Shown one piece after another: positions 11,781 through 22,520 of a DNA stretch of 64,000 bases. The position numbers and the translations under genes are program-made. This DNA is from Mobula hypostoma (taxonomy: Eukaryota). The DNA lies in NCBI RefSeq assembly GCF_963921235.1, contig NC_086097.1:98024001-98088000 (forward strand). Direction: 5' to 3'. Numbering within the stretch: the stretch's first letter is position 1; every line of letters begins with the position of its first letter. The notes beneath the pieces were generated by a model. That model was not told the origin of the DNA and ran no database searches. It was given only the letters and a program-made list of their open reading frames with translations.

Positions 11781-13062
11781 ATGGAGTTCTGCAAACTAAA
11801 CAGGCGGGTGGTCCTTGGCCTGTCGATAGGCAGTGCTACCATCATCATTGGCTGGTGGGCCTACCAGAATTTCGCCAAGAAGCGCCACCAAGCTGTGAAG
11901 GCCAAGCACGTAATTGGCACAGCTCAGCCAGTGGATTGCAAAGCGCAGTCCAAGGTTAGAAGCCAGAATATGGAGGAGGGGAGTATAGAATCAGGAGATG
12001 GAGGAAACGAGCAGGGGATCTCATCACAGGGACTGGCAGATCGAAGGCTAAGTCCCGATCCGGCTCCGGAAGATCAAGGGCTTAGTCCCGCACCGGCTCC
12101 GGAAGATCGAGAGCTCGGTCCCAGACCAGCTCCGGAAGATCGAGGGCTTGGCCCCGGACCGGCTCCGGAAGATCGAGGGCCAAGTCCCGACACGGCTCCG
12201 GAAGATCCAGGGCCAAGCCCCGGACCGGCTCTGGAAAATCGAGGGCCAAGCCCCGGACCGGCTCCGGAAGATCGAGGGCCTGGTCCCGCACCGGCTCCGG
12301 AAGATCGAGGGCTCGGCCCCGGACCGGCTCCGGAAGATCGAGGGCTCGGTCCCGACCCGGCTCCTGAAGATCGAGGGCTCGGTCCTGACCCGGCTCCGGA
12401 AGATCGAGGGCCAAGCCCCAGACCGGCTCCGGAAGATCGAGGTCCAAGTCCCGACCCAGCTCCGGAAGATCGAGGGCCAAGCCCCAGACCGGCTCCGGAA
12501 AATCGAGAGCCAAGACCTGACTCGGGTCCAGAAGATCGAGGGCCAAGTCCCGACCCGGCTCCGGAAGATCGAGGGCCAAGTCCCGAACCAGCTCTTGGGC
12601 ATACCCAAATAGAGGTGACTGAACTGGAGCTGAGCCCAGTGGACAAACACTGGAATCGAGAGGATGAGAGGGAGGAAAATGGACGGGAGGGCAAAGCAAC
12701 CATCAGAGATCAGCAGGAGCAGAAGGTTGAAGAGAGGCTAGGGGGTGGGTCGGGTGACTTCACCAATGTGCAAGTGGGCATGAGGAGGGGAATAAAATTG
12801 GGCAAGAGAAAGAGATCCCTGGAGGAGTCGGCTGGAGAGAGGAAGCGCATGAGAAAGTGGCAGACAAAACTCCAAAGGAGACAGCCAAGAGTAGGGCAGA
12901 GGATTGGAAGGGGACAACGCAGAGCCTGGAGAAGAGTTCTCAGGTTTAGGGAACTGGTGCCTGAAGATGGGTCAAAGAAAGTAGGGAAATGGAAAGAGGA
13001 ATCGTCTGGTCCTGGAGGAAACACAGAAGGCTGGAATCCACAATCTTCTGAAGTTGATGAAG
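11781..13062 (+). CDS. Exon 1 of truncated PLC-delta-like gene: signal-anchor TM, 17x11-aa Pro-rich repeat, basic region
   Basis: ATG at 11781 in ORF 11733..13109; hydrophobic VVLGLSIGSATIIIGWWAY flanked by RR/KKR; donor G|GTAAAA at 13062/13063 is phase 1, matching exon 2. Confidence 0.7.
12039..12599 (+). repeat. Coding minisatellite, 33-bp unit x17 (DRGPSPDPAPE)
   Basis: gatcgagggccaagtcccgacccggctccggaa-like units, no indels, frame preserved. Confidence 0.95.
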
Positions 13063-13334
13063 GTAAAAATAAATGTATAGACACAATTGCTGTATCTTTT
13101 TTTATATAAAGGGGGCTGTGTTCCAAAGACTTTGGGGCACTGGAATATCCAAGTTGTAGAAGGCTACTGATCAAATGCTGATTTCTGGGGCTAGTATAGA
13201 TGACATCATTGAAATGGTGGGTCGAAGGGCCTGTTTCTGCGCAGATCTCTCAATGACACGTCATGACCTCACAGATCCTTTGTTTACCTGCAGTCTCCCA
13301 CCCACATTAATTATCTCACTCCCCTTGCCACTGG

Positions 13335-13460
13335 TACGGCACAGTGGAGAAGCAGTTAGTGGGACGCTCCACAGGGCCAGTGATCTCCGATCGGGGTGCA
13401 GTTCCACTGCTCTCTGTAAGGAGTTTGTATATTCTCCCCAAGACACCATGGAGTTCCTCC
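13335..13460 (+). mobile_element. tRNA-derived SINE fragment (HE1/V-SINE-like); related copies ~15375-15660 and ~44520-44690 plus ~45100-45170
   Basis: Shared core ...aaggagtttgtatattctcccc..accatg.. in three places. Confidence 0.55.
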
Positions 13461-14184
13461 AAGTTCAGTTGAAAGCTTCCAATCCTCCCCCCCCAACTTT
13501 CATATCGATTGTGCAGAGGAGATTCACCAGGATGCTGCCTGGGCTAGTTTAACCCATCCTCATGTAGTCTTATGAGGACAGGGTGAGCACACAAGGGCTT
13601 TTCTCTTTGGAGTGAAGGACGGTGAGAGGGGACTTGAGAGAAGTGTACAAGGTCATAACAAACATAGATCGAGTGGATAGCCAGAGATATTTTCCCAGGG
13701 AGGGAATGGCAAATAGCAGGGAGTGTACACAGAGAGTGGTGTGTTTGGGGAACCACCCCAGGGGTTGTGATAGAGGCAGATACATTAGGTACATTTAAGA
13801 AATACCTGGACAGAGCACATGAATGATAGAAAAAGGGAGTGCTCTATCTGGGGAAAGGGTTATATTGATCTTAGAACAGGTTAAAAGTTTGACACAATAC
13901 TGTGGGCTGAAGGGCCTGTGGTGTGCTCTGGTGTTCTATCCCACTCATTGCAATACCTTCCCCTCTCCTACCCATTAACACCCTTCCTCTGTCCTCCACT
14001 GCTCTCCCCTACCTTCCTAACTCCTGACTACTTACCCCTGCCTCACCAGATCCTCACTCTCCACTTGTCTGTTCCATCACTCCTTCCCTCCCTTCCACTT
14101 CCCCTTCACTACCCACTCTCCGCACCCTCCACTTCCATACTGCCATCTCTCCATCAGATGCGTCCTCTCCGTGTTCCTCCCAAG

Positions 14185-14349
14185 GCCTCAAGAATGACAA
14201 CGATATTCAAGTCATGCTCAAGGGTACTCACATGCTGAAGATCAAATCCAGCTCATGGATGAAGTCACGCTACTACAAACTGAATGAAGACTGCTGGACG
14301 GTGAGGTATAATTCCAAAAAGATCCTGAAGTCAGCCAGGAGCCAAATGT
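14185..14349 (+). CDS. Exon 2 of PLC-delta-like gene (N-half of PH domain)
   Basis: Pyrimidine tract + caag| acceptor and |GTGAGT donor; (G)LKNDNDIQVMLKGTHMLKIKSSSWMKSRYYKLNEDCWTV resembles PLCD1 [40 protein letters not shown]. Confidence 0.92.
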
Positions 14350-14668
14350 GTGAGTGTTGCTCAAGTCTTGGGAGGGTTGGTGTGACAGCAAACGTAGTTT
14401 TAAAAAGTTTTTAAAAATTGTCTTGGGCACCAACAAGTGCAGGGATTAGTCCTTGATTCCTGGTATGGCACCACACTGAGGCCAGTAGAGTTACTGCTTC
14501 ATTGCACCAGTGACCTGGATTCTATCTTTTATTGATTCTAGTTTATTTGGAGATAAGAGTGCAGACAGATCCTTCTGGCCCAAAAGGCCACACCACCCAG
14601 CGGTCCACCTGTTTAATGTCAGACAAATCACAGGACAATTCACCTACCCTGCTGTGTTCCTCCAGCAT

Positions 14669-14894
14669 TGTGTGTGTGTGTGAGTGTGAGTGTGAGTGTG
14701 TGAGTGTGTGTGTGTGTGTGTCTGTGTGTGTGAGTGTGTGCGTGAGTCTGTGTGTGTGTGTCTGTGAGTGTCTGTGTGAGTGTCTGTGTGTGTCTGTGTG
14801 AGTATCTGTGTGAGTAACTGTGTGAGTGTCTGTGTGTGTGTGTGTGTGAGAATGTGTGAGTCTGTGTGTGTGTGTGTGTGTGTCTGTGTGTGTG
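14669..14894. repeat. Imperfect (TG)n microsatellite; a second (CA)n tract at ~15228-15259
   Basis: Direct inspection. Confidence 0.95.
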
Positions 14895-15225
14895 TTTTGC
14901 TCAGAAAAACAACTATCCAATTCATTCAGCATTCCACAGAGGGAAGAACTTTCAGACAATATGACCCATATGTTGCAATAAGCTCCTTTCTCTCTCACCT
15001 CCTGGTCCATTTCCATTTCTCTGTTCATCCAGGTTTCCCATAAACATGACATGAGACATATCCATCAAGCAGGAGCTACAGAAACCTGAAGCCCCACACC
15101 TCACAACCCTAATTTCTACAGTTTATCAACACAATGATGCCTTTGCACAAGAGATTCTCCAGATGGTAGAACAACACACACAAGATGCAGAATGAACTCA
15201 GCAGGTCAGGCAGCATCCATAACTG

Positions 15226-15261
<36 letters not shown>

Positions 15262-15805
15262 CTGAGACCCGTCTGCAGGACTCAGCCTGATGGAGAATGT
15301 TGGCCTGAAGTGTTGGCTCTTTATTCCTCACCATAGATGCTGCCTGACCTGCAGAGTTCCTCCAGTATTTTAGGGCACCACAATAGCAGAGTGGTTCGTG
15401 TGATGTTGTTGCTGCTCGGTCAGGGATGGGGGGCAGGGAGTGGGCAGGTAATAATTCAAAGTTCAATACCAGTGCCGTGTGAAAGGAGTTTGTATATTCT
15501 CCCCGTGACCATGTGGGTTTCCTCCTGCAGTTCGAAGAAGGCTGACTGGTCATTGTAAATTTTCCTGTGATTAGGCTGCTGTTAAATAGGTGGGGTGTTG
15601 GGCGATGTGGCTTTTTGGAGAAGAAGGGCCAGTCCCACAGTGTATCTCTGAATAGATGAAGTGCTGTGAATAAATAACTTTGTGTGTGTGTTACTCTGAA
15701 TTTCCAGCTTCTGCAGAATCTCTTGTGCTTGTGAATCTGTGACTGAATCTCTTGTTCTGATCTCTGCTGCCGTTTTACTCTCTCCCCCAACCCGACCCCT
15801 TGCAG

Positions 15806-16245
15806 TCTCAATCGACGACATCAAAGAATTAAGACCTGGTCACCAGACGGAGGGAATGCAGCGGTACGCCACCGAGATACCCACCGACCGCTGTTTTACC
15901 ATCATATTTAAGGGCACGAGGGAGAACTTGGATCTGGTGGCCTCCGACGCCAGCGAGGCCTGGCATTGGATCCACGGTCTTGCCAAACTAAAGCAGAGAG
16001 GCTGCAGAATGAACAACAGAGAGCGGCTGGGCCAGCATCCATCTAGGAGGGTTGTCACGGCAGAGCGCCACGGAGAGAGGGGCCACTTCCCTCATGGTCT
16101 CCAACAGCAGCCCCCAAGTCCACTCCTACTCCACGCCGAAGGTCAAAGGCACCTCCCCATGTTAGAAACTTTTGCTGCTTGTTTCCCCAATGTGACTTAC
16201 ACTTCCCTCAGGCCCTCAGACTCCGTAGATTCCATTAGTTATTAA
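15806..16245 (+). CDS. Exon 3 of PLC-delta-like gene (C-half of PH domain; homology ends ~16034, reads through to TAA 16243-16245)
   Basis: ttgcag| acceptor, phase 1 giving F-SIDDIKELRPGHQTEGMQRYATEIPTDRCFTIIFKGTRENLDLVASDASEAWHWIHGL, which resembles PLCD1 [59 protein letters not shown]. Confidence 0.9.
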
Positions 16246-16289
16246 TGGTTTTTTAGTATTAGTTTAATAGATAGTCAATCCTTAGGTTT

Positions 16290-16887
16290 CATAGAAACAT
16301 AGAAACATAGAAAATAGGTGCAGGAGTAGGCCATTCGGCCCTTCGAGCCTGCACCGCCATTTATTATGATCATGGCTGATCATCCAACTCAGAACCCCGC
16401 CCCAGCCTTCCCTCCATACCCCCTGACCCCTGTAGCCACAAGGGCCATATCTAACTCCCTCTTAAATATAGCCAATGAACTGGCCTCAACAGTTTCCTGT
16501 GGCAGAGAATTCCACAGATCCACCACTCTCTGTGTGAAGAAGTTTTTCCTAATCTCGGTCCTAAAAGGCTTCCCCTCTATCCTCAAACTGTGACCCCTCG
16601 TTCTGGACCTCCCCAACATCGGGAACAATCTTCCCGCATCTAGCCTGTCGAATCCCTTTAGGATCTTATACGTTTCAATCAGATCCCCCCTCAATCTTCT
16701 AAATTCCAACGAGTACAAGCCCAGTTCATCCAGTCTTTCTTCATATGAAAGACCTGCCATCCCAGGAATCAATCTGGTGAACCTTCTTTGTACTCCCTCT
16801 ATGGCAAAGATGTCTTTCCTCAGATTAGGGGACCAAAACTGCACACAATACTCCAGGTGTGGTCTCAACAAGGCCTTGTACAACTGC
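16290..16887 (-). mobile_element. 5'-truncated CR1 LINE
   Basis: ORF 16389..16883 (RPHLEYCVQFWSP, RRLRGDLIE); (catagaaa)n tail. Confidence 0.93.
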
Positions 16888-16909
16888 CTTGTTTCAACAT
16901 GTTATAGGT

Positions 16910-19900
16910 ATTATAGGCTAAACTTAAGTCCTCTGAGAGGAGGACCCCCCACAAAAGCCACAAAGAATCTATGGAAAAGATACCCCCGGGGTGCCTGAGA
17001 GGGGGGAATGATGAGCACCCCAGTCGGATGGACACAACAACATCAGACCCAGGCAATGAACAAACGACGATGAGGAAGCAGTGTGCATGTGGCAAAATCT
17101 GCAAGAACGATCGTGGCTTGAAGATCCACCAAGCGAGGATGAAGTGTTTGGCGGGAGCGGGAGCAGGAGCAGCACAACGCGCAGGTGTCCAACCTGGTGA
17201 GACGAAGGAGGGGCCAGGCCCGGAGTCACCCCATAGTGCCCGGAACCTCCATGTGTTGCAAACTAATCCCTCGAACATGAAGTCTAACAGGAGGTGGATC
17301 AAATGGCCTGCAGCTAACATGACTTCACTGTGGAAGCAGTTTGATGACCATGTTAACCAAATTCTGGAGGCAACGGCGAAGGGGAGGGTTGATAGGAAGT
17401 TGCAAGCCATGACAACAATTATCGTTAGTATCGCAGCTGAACGGTTCGGAGAAGAGGAGAAGGAAGGCTCCAAAACACCTTACTCGAAGAACCAAAGAGC
17501 ATCGAGGATCCACAACATCAGGCAGGAGGTGAAAGCGCTGAAGTCCCAATACAAGTAGGCGGGAGAAGAGGAGCGCATTGGCTTGGCCCAGCTGATGTAC
17601 ATACTACGAAAGAAGATCAGGGTCCTCCGCCGGGCAGAGTGGAGGCGGCGTCATGAAAGGGCCTGAAAACATGCTGCCTTTATCGCCAACCCCTTCAAGT
17701 TCACCAAGGCGTTGCTGGGGGAGAAGCGCAGTGGGAAACTGGCCTGTTCACAGGAAGACATAGACCAACATCTGAAGAAGATATATAATGATCCTGAAAG
17801 AGAGCAGGAGTTGGGAGAGTGCAACATCCTAATAGACCCACCTGAACTGGATGTGCAGTTCGACGTGTCAGAGCTGCAACTAAAGGAAGTCAGAGAGGTC
17901 GTCCGCAAAGCAAGGGCAAGTTCGGCTCCAGGACCAAGCAGCACCTCGTACAAAGTGTACAAGAATTGCCCCAAACTCCTGCTGCGTCTGTGGAAGATCC
18001 TGAGAATCTTCTGGAGAAGGGGGAAGATCCCAGAACAGTGGAGAGTGGCTGAAGGGGTGTGGATCCCGAAGGAGGAAAATGCCACCCAGATAGATCAGTT
18101 TCGCATCATCTCCCTGCTGTGTGTCGAGGCAAAGATCTTCTTCAGTGCAGTTTCCAACCGGTTGTGCACCTACCTAGCAAAGAACACCTATATTGATACA
18201 TCGGTCCAGAAGGGTGGCATTTCAGGGATGCCGGGCTGTCTGGAGCACATCGGTGTGGTGACACAGCTCATCAGGGAGGCCAGAGAGAACAAGGGCAACC
18301 TGTCAGTGTTGTGGCTGGACCTGGCAAATGCATATGGCTCCATTCCGCACAAGCTGGTGCAGCTCACACTGACCAAATATCACATCCCCAGCAGAATCAG
18401 AGACCTTATCGCTGATTATTACAGCAACTTCAGGATGAGGCTCTCTTCAGGAGCAATTACATCAACCTGGCACAAGGTGGAGATCGGCATCATCACAGGG
18501 TGCACTATCTCAGTGACACTGTTCTCCCTAGCCATGAACATGCTCACTAAGTCTGCTGAACCAGAGTGCAGAGGGCCCAGAATGAATTCCGCTCAACGGC
18601 AACCACCTATCAGGGCATTGGATGACCTCACAGTCACCACAGAATCAGTCCCAGGCTGCCGGTGGATTCTGCAAGGGTTCGAAAAGCTGGTGGAGTGGGC
18701 CCGGATACGTTTCAAACCTGCCAAATCAAGATCGATGGTGCTGAGGAAAGGGAAGGTGGAGAACAAGTTCCGGTTCAGCATCGCAGGCACAGCCATGCCA
18801 ACCATCACAGAAAAGCCAGTCAAGAGCTTAGGCAAAGTTTTTGACAGCTCTTTAAGGGACACAACATCCATTCAGGCAACCTGCACCGAGTTGGATGGCT
18901 GGCTGAAATCTGTGGACAAGTCTGGCCTACCTGGGAAGTTTAAAGCCTGGGTGTATCAGCATGGCATTCTTCCCAGAATCCTGTGGCCCCTCCTCGTCTA
19001 CGCAGTTCCGATCTCGACAGTCGAAACCTTAGAGAGGAGGTTTAGCAACCACCTCAGGAGATGGCTGCGGCTGCCAAAGAGCCTGAGCAGCATCGCACTC
19101 TATGGACACCACAACAAACTGCAACTGCCCTTCAAGTCCTTGGAGGAAGAATTCAAGGTAATAAGAGCCAGAGAAGTGCTACAGTATAGGGACTCAAGTA
19201 ATCCGAAAGTGGCTAGAGCAGGGATCCAAGTAAGTACTGGCAGGAAGTGGAGGGCAGAGGAGGCTGTTCAGGAGGCAGAGGCGAGGCTGCGTCACGGGAG
19301 GCTGGTGGGAGTGGTCACACAAGGCCGAGCTGGGCTAGGATCCTTTCCAACTCCCCAACTGGACACCAGAGGGAAGGAAAGGCGTCGTCTAGTTCAGGAG
19401 GAGGTGAGAGCAGTAGTGGAGGAGATGGGAGCCTGCAAGGCGGTGGGAATGAAGCAACAGGGAGCTTGGACAAGATGGGAGAATGCGGTTGAGAGGAAAA
19501 TGACCTGGGCTGATCTTTGGAAAGCCGAACCACACCACATCCAATTTCTCATCCAGGCAGTGTACGATGTGCTTCCAAGCCCATCAAACCTGCACACATG
19601 GGGCAAGGCAGAGTCATCTGCGTGCCCACTGTGCTCCAAGCGAGGAACCCTGGAGCACATCCTCAGCGGCTGTGCAAGAGCACTTGGTGAGGGACGGTAC
19701 CGATGGAGGCACGATCAGGTCCTGAAGACCATCGCTGAAGCCATCAGCGCAGGAGTTCAGTGGGCGAAGCGGTTCCGACCCTCCACAGACCATTGCCTTT
19801 GTCAGAGCTGGGGTGCAGCCAATACCTGCCAAAAGAACATCTGCAGGCATTCTGACCTCTGCAATGGACTGGCAGCTGAAGTTCCCCAACCGTATCGCAG

Positions 19901-20387
19901 CCACCACCCTGCGACCAGACATTATCCTTGTGTCTGAGTCTACTAAGCAAGTGGTGCTGCTGGAGCTGACAGTCCCATGGGAAGATAGCTTGGAGGAGGC
20001 CTTTGAAAGGAAGCTCTCCAAGTACGCAGGACTGGTCAGCAATTGCCAGCAGGCTGGTTGGGAGAGCAAGGTGCCTCCCAGTGGAGGTTGGTTGTAGGGG
20101 ATTCATAGCCCATTCTTTAGTTAGAGCCTTCAGCATTTTGAGCATCGAGGGAGAGAGGAAGAGGAGAGCCATCCGCAGTACCACCGATGCGACAGAGAGG
20201 GCCTCAAGATGGCTGTGGCTCAAAAGAGGGGAGTCATAAGTAGCTAGCCATCTGGACACAAGCTGAGGTCTGATCAGCCCCGGCTGGGTCACCTGGAGGA
20301 GGTTGTATGATGTTGAAAGACCCGAAACACCCGATAATTCCAGGAACATCACTGAAGATGTGTCCAGAAGCATCAATGTACACAGCA
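16910..20387 (+). mobile_element. Hero/NeSL-type (R2-group) non-LTR retrotransposon with restriction-like endonuclease; near full length, with stops and frameshifts
   Basis: N-terminal zinc finger CACGKIC...IHQARMKC; RT (APGP, WLDLANAYGSIPH, GIITGCTIS); CPLC..GTLEHILSGC; RHD; RPDIIL..ELTVPWE..KY; PVEVGCRGF. Candidate TSD atgttataggt (16899-16909) / atgttacaggt (20388-20398). Confidence 0.88.
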
Positions 20388-20889
20388 ATGTTACAGGTGT
20401 TTATGAAAAATAAAGTTACTTTAAAGCTCTGAGTGAGATACTTTATTGATATAATATTCTTCCAATCAGCGACGAAAATGCAATTAATATTTTGTTTTTA
20501 CAACCAATGCTGATGGTGGATGAAACCCTGTTTGCAAAATACGTCAGGCACTGCATTTTAAACGAGTAATGAATCCTCTATGTCGTCCTACCATCAAAGA
20601 AGGATGCTTCGTTACACAAGCCATGATATTTTCCAGCGGAATTTTGTTTTTCAAAAATACTTCCACCTTTTGTACCTGTCTTCAACTTTCAGGATAAAAG
20701 CATTTCCTCACTGCTGTAATCTCACGTGAAAAAGTATCAATATTGAATATACATGTAAAAATAAAACTAGCTTTTTCGGCAGGTTCTCAGATAGTGTCAC
20801 AGAGTCTGAGCAAAGTACAGCACCGAAACAGGCCCTTCAGCCCATCAAGTCCATGCCAAACTATTTAAGCTGCCTTCTCCCATCGATCA

Positions 20890-21206
20890 GAGAAGATTCA
20901 TGAGGATGATTCCAGGAATGAAAGGGTTACCGTATGAGGAACGTCTGGCAGCTCTTGGGCTGTATTCCCCGGAGTTCAGGAGAATGAGGGGGGGGGTCTC
21001 ACTGAAACATTCCAAACATTAAAAGGCCTGAACAGATTAGATATGGCAAAGTTATTTCCCACAGTAGGGGAGTCTAGAAAAAGAGGGCACAACTTCAAGA
21101 TTGAAGGAACAGAGATGTGGAGAAATTACTTTTGTCAAAGGGTGGTATGTCTGTGGAATTTGTTGCCACCAGTGGCTGTGGAGGCCAAGCCACTGGATGC
21201 ATTTAA
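20890..21206 (+). mobile_element. CR1 3' ORF fragment
   Basis: LFPTVGESRKRGHNFKI...QRVVCLWNLLP. Confidence 0.8.
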
Positions 21207-22520
21207 GGCCCTTGCTAAGGACAGAACGTTCTGCCTCAGAGGGGGAAGGTCAGAGGGGATGGTGAGGACACGGCAAGGGTTGGGGCTGGGGTCAGAGGAG
21301 GGTAAAGATTGGGAGGTCTCAGGAGGCAGAGTGGGGTTGGGATGTTCAGGGAGAGCGGGGTTAGGGGAGAATGAGGGATCAGAGGAATGGAGGGGGATGA
21401 GGGGTAGAAGGAAGGTTGGGAGTCATGGGGAGGATAGAAGGTAGTGGAGGAATAAGACGAGCGGCAGGAACCAGCGGCAGTAAGAGCAGTCCCGGTCTGG
21501 AGAGGGTCAGGACCTCGGTCTGAGCTGGATCTGGAGTTGGGGGTAGTGGAGCCTGTGGCCCGCAGGGCACCTGAACTGAGTTCTGAGCCAGAAGCGAGTG
21601 AGTCCATGGCCTGCCGGGGGCTGCTGCCCATGTCCCGGAGGCCGTGGTTCCAGTTGGGGTCAGAGTAAGAGGCAGATGGGTCTTCGGCCTGCCGAAGGTC
21701 TGAGAAGTCGGGGTCTGAGGAGTCGGGGTCCGGGCAGGAGCCAGTCGTCGTCGTGGGCTCCAGACGGGCGAGCTTGTGGTCCTTCTTGGACGGGAGGAAG
21801 GAGAAACGGTGGTTGGAGGTGTGAATCCAACGGAGAATGAAGTGTAGGAGAGGTCCATGGCAGACGGTGGAGAGTGAGGCCCGGAGTGGTGGTAGAGAGA
21901 GGGACAGGGCCCGTAGTTATTTCCGCATGGCAGTGAGCGTGGCGTGGAGAATCCGGCGGGAGCAGCGGTCAATTAAACAAAGGTATCTTGGAGCGTCGCT
22001 GGGCCCGAACTGGGAGGCCTGGAACCAGAGCTGGAATCCCTGCGGTACAAGATGGCAGTGGAGACACGTTCCCAGGAAGGAGACGTGGCTGTGGTAACGG
22101 ATCTGGGTCAGGATGTGGTCGAAGAGTCAGAGAGAGGCGGAGATCACAGAGTGAGAGAGAGTCTCACTGAACTCCCATTGGAGAAAACATTTAAACTTCT
22201 TCAGGTTAGGCAGACCTCGAAGAAACTTCACAGTGGAGTAGCGAATCAACACATAAAATTCTCTGCAGATGCTGGGGTCAAAGCAACACGCACAACACGC
22301 TGGAGAAACTCAGCAGGTCAGGCAGCATCCGTGGAAACAAACAGACAACGTTTCGGGCCGAGACCCTTCGTCAGGTCTGAAGAGGGAGGGGGCAGGAGCC
22401 CTATAAAGAAGGTGGGGGGAGGGTGGGAAGGAGAAGGCTGGTAGGTGCCAGGTGAAAAACCAATAAGGGGAAAGATCAAGGGGTGGGGTAGGGGAAGCAG
22501 GGAGGGGATAGGCAGGAAAG
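21207..22520 (-). mobile_element. Penelope 5' region plus upstream pLTR; direct repeat of ~6661-7860
   Basis: ggcccttgctaaggacagaac... matches 6661 onward; ORF 21379..21972 parallels 6307..7416; hammerhead at 22342-22379. Confidence 0.9.

Noticed and set aside
12039..12599. CRISPR-like periodicity
   Set aside because: Contiguous units without unique spacers, eukaryotic context, no cas genes.
12048..12703. Four additional long ORFs over the 33-bp repeat
   Set aside because: By-product of a stop-free GC-rich tandem repeat; only the frame continuous with the TM and the splice donor has support.
14543..15052. His/Thr-rich and Cys/Val-rich ORFs
   Set aside because: Translations of the (TG)n microsatellite.
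20395..20830. Searched for PLC exon 4 (WI...ADKN.D, EF-hand) here and in other unique stretches (34620-35160, 36070-36650, 37330-37980, 54730-55640)
   Set aside because: No recognisable match by eye; tBLASTn is needed for certainty.
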